A stretch of DNA of 63,047 nt, counting the filler, from Octopus bimaculoides (Eukaryota): assembly GCF_001194135.2 (NCBI RefSeq). It is 6 parts of 5 records of this genome, joined end to end, with 100 filler letters (N's around TTAATTAATTAA, not from the genome) between each part and the next. Parts side by side here need not be neighbours in the genome. Positions count along the whole stretch, not along the records: positions 60,536 to 63,047 come from NC_068984.1; 5 more parts are not named here. One strand, written 5' to 3'. Positions within the stretch are counted from its first letter, which is position 1, and each line of letters starts with the position of its first letter. Under the pieces are notes generated by a model. That model saw only the letters and a list, made by a program, of their open reading frames with translations. It was not told the origin of the DNA and made no database searches. The position numbers were made by a program, and so were the translations under genes. Below, piece after piece: positions 63,047 to 63,047 of this stretch.

Positions 63047-63047
63047 C

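Overview
AT-rich animal genomic DNA dense in microsatellites and transposons. The SINE/LINE repertoire and repeat density suggest a coleoid cephalopod, probably Octopus (inference). The window is six scaffolds joined by artificial 100-bp spacers (44 N + TTAATTAATTAA + 44 N), with further N gaps. Almost all ORFs in the supplied track are microsatellite or N-gap artefacts. One host gene is well supported: a large minus-strand exon at the right end (61348 to past 63047) encoding tandem 37-aa six-Cys pacifastin-like/truncated-VWC modules. The rest is mostly repeats: tRNA-derived SINE families, RTE LINE bodies and 3' tails (one with three C2H2 fingers), Penelope-like elements, two fused R4/Dong-type elements, a CR1-group fragment, Tc1 and mariner transposase relics, Helitron/Helentron-like elements and MITEs. 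Best leads: an almost intact type I hammerhead ribozyme (3725-3815, minus) with weaker relatives, a pre-miRNA-like hairpin (55342-55410), a perfect 129-bp inverted repeat (29961-30288), the module mosaic in the Cys-rich gene, and CpG-poor/CpG-rich domains that switch at the scaffold linkers. Family names come from remembered motifs, not database searches. Most repeat boundaries are approximate.
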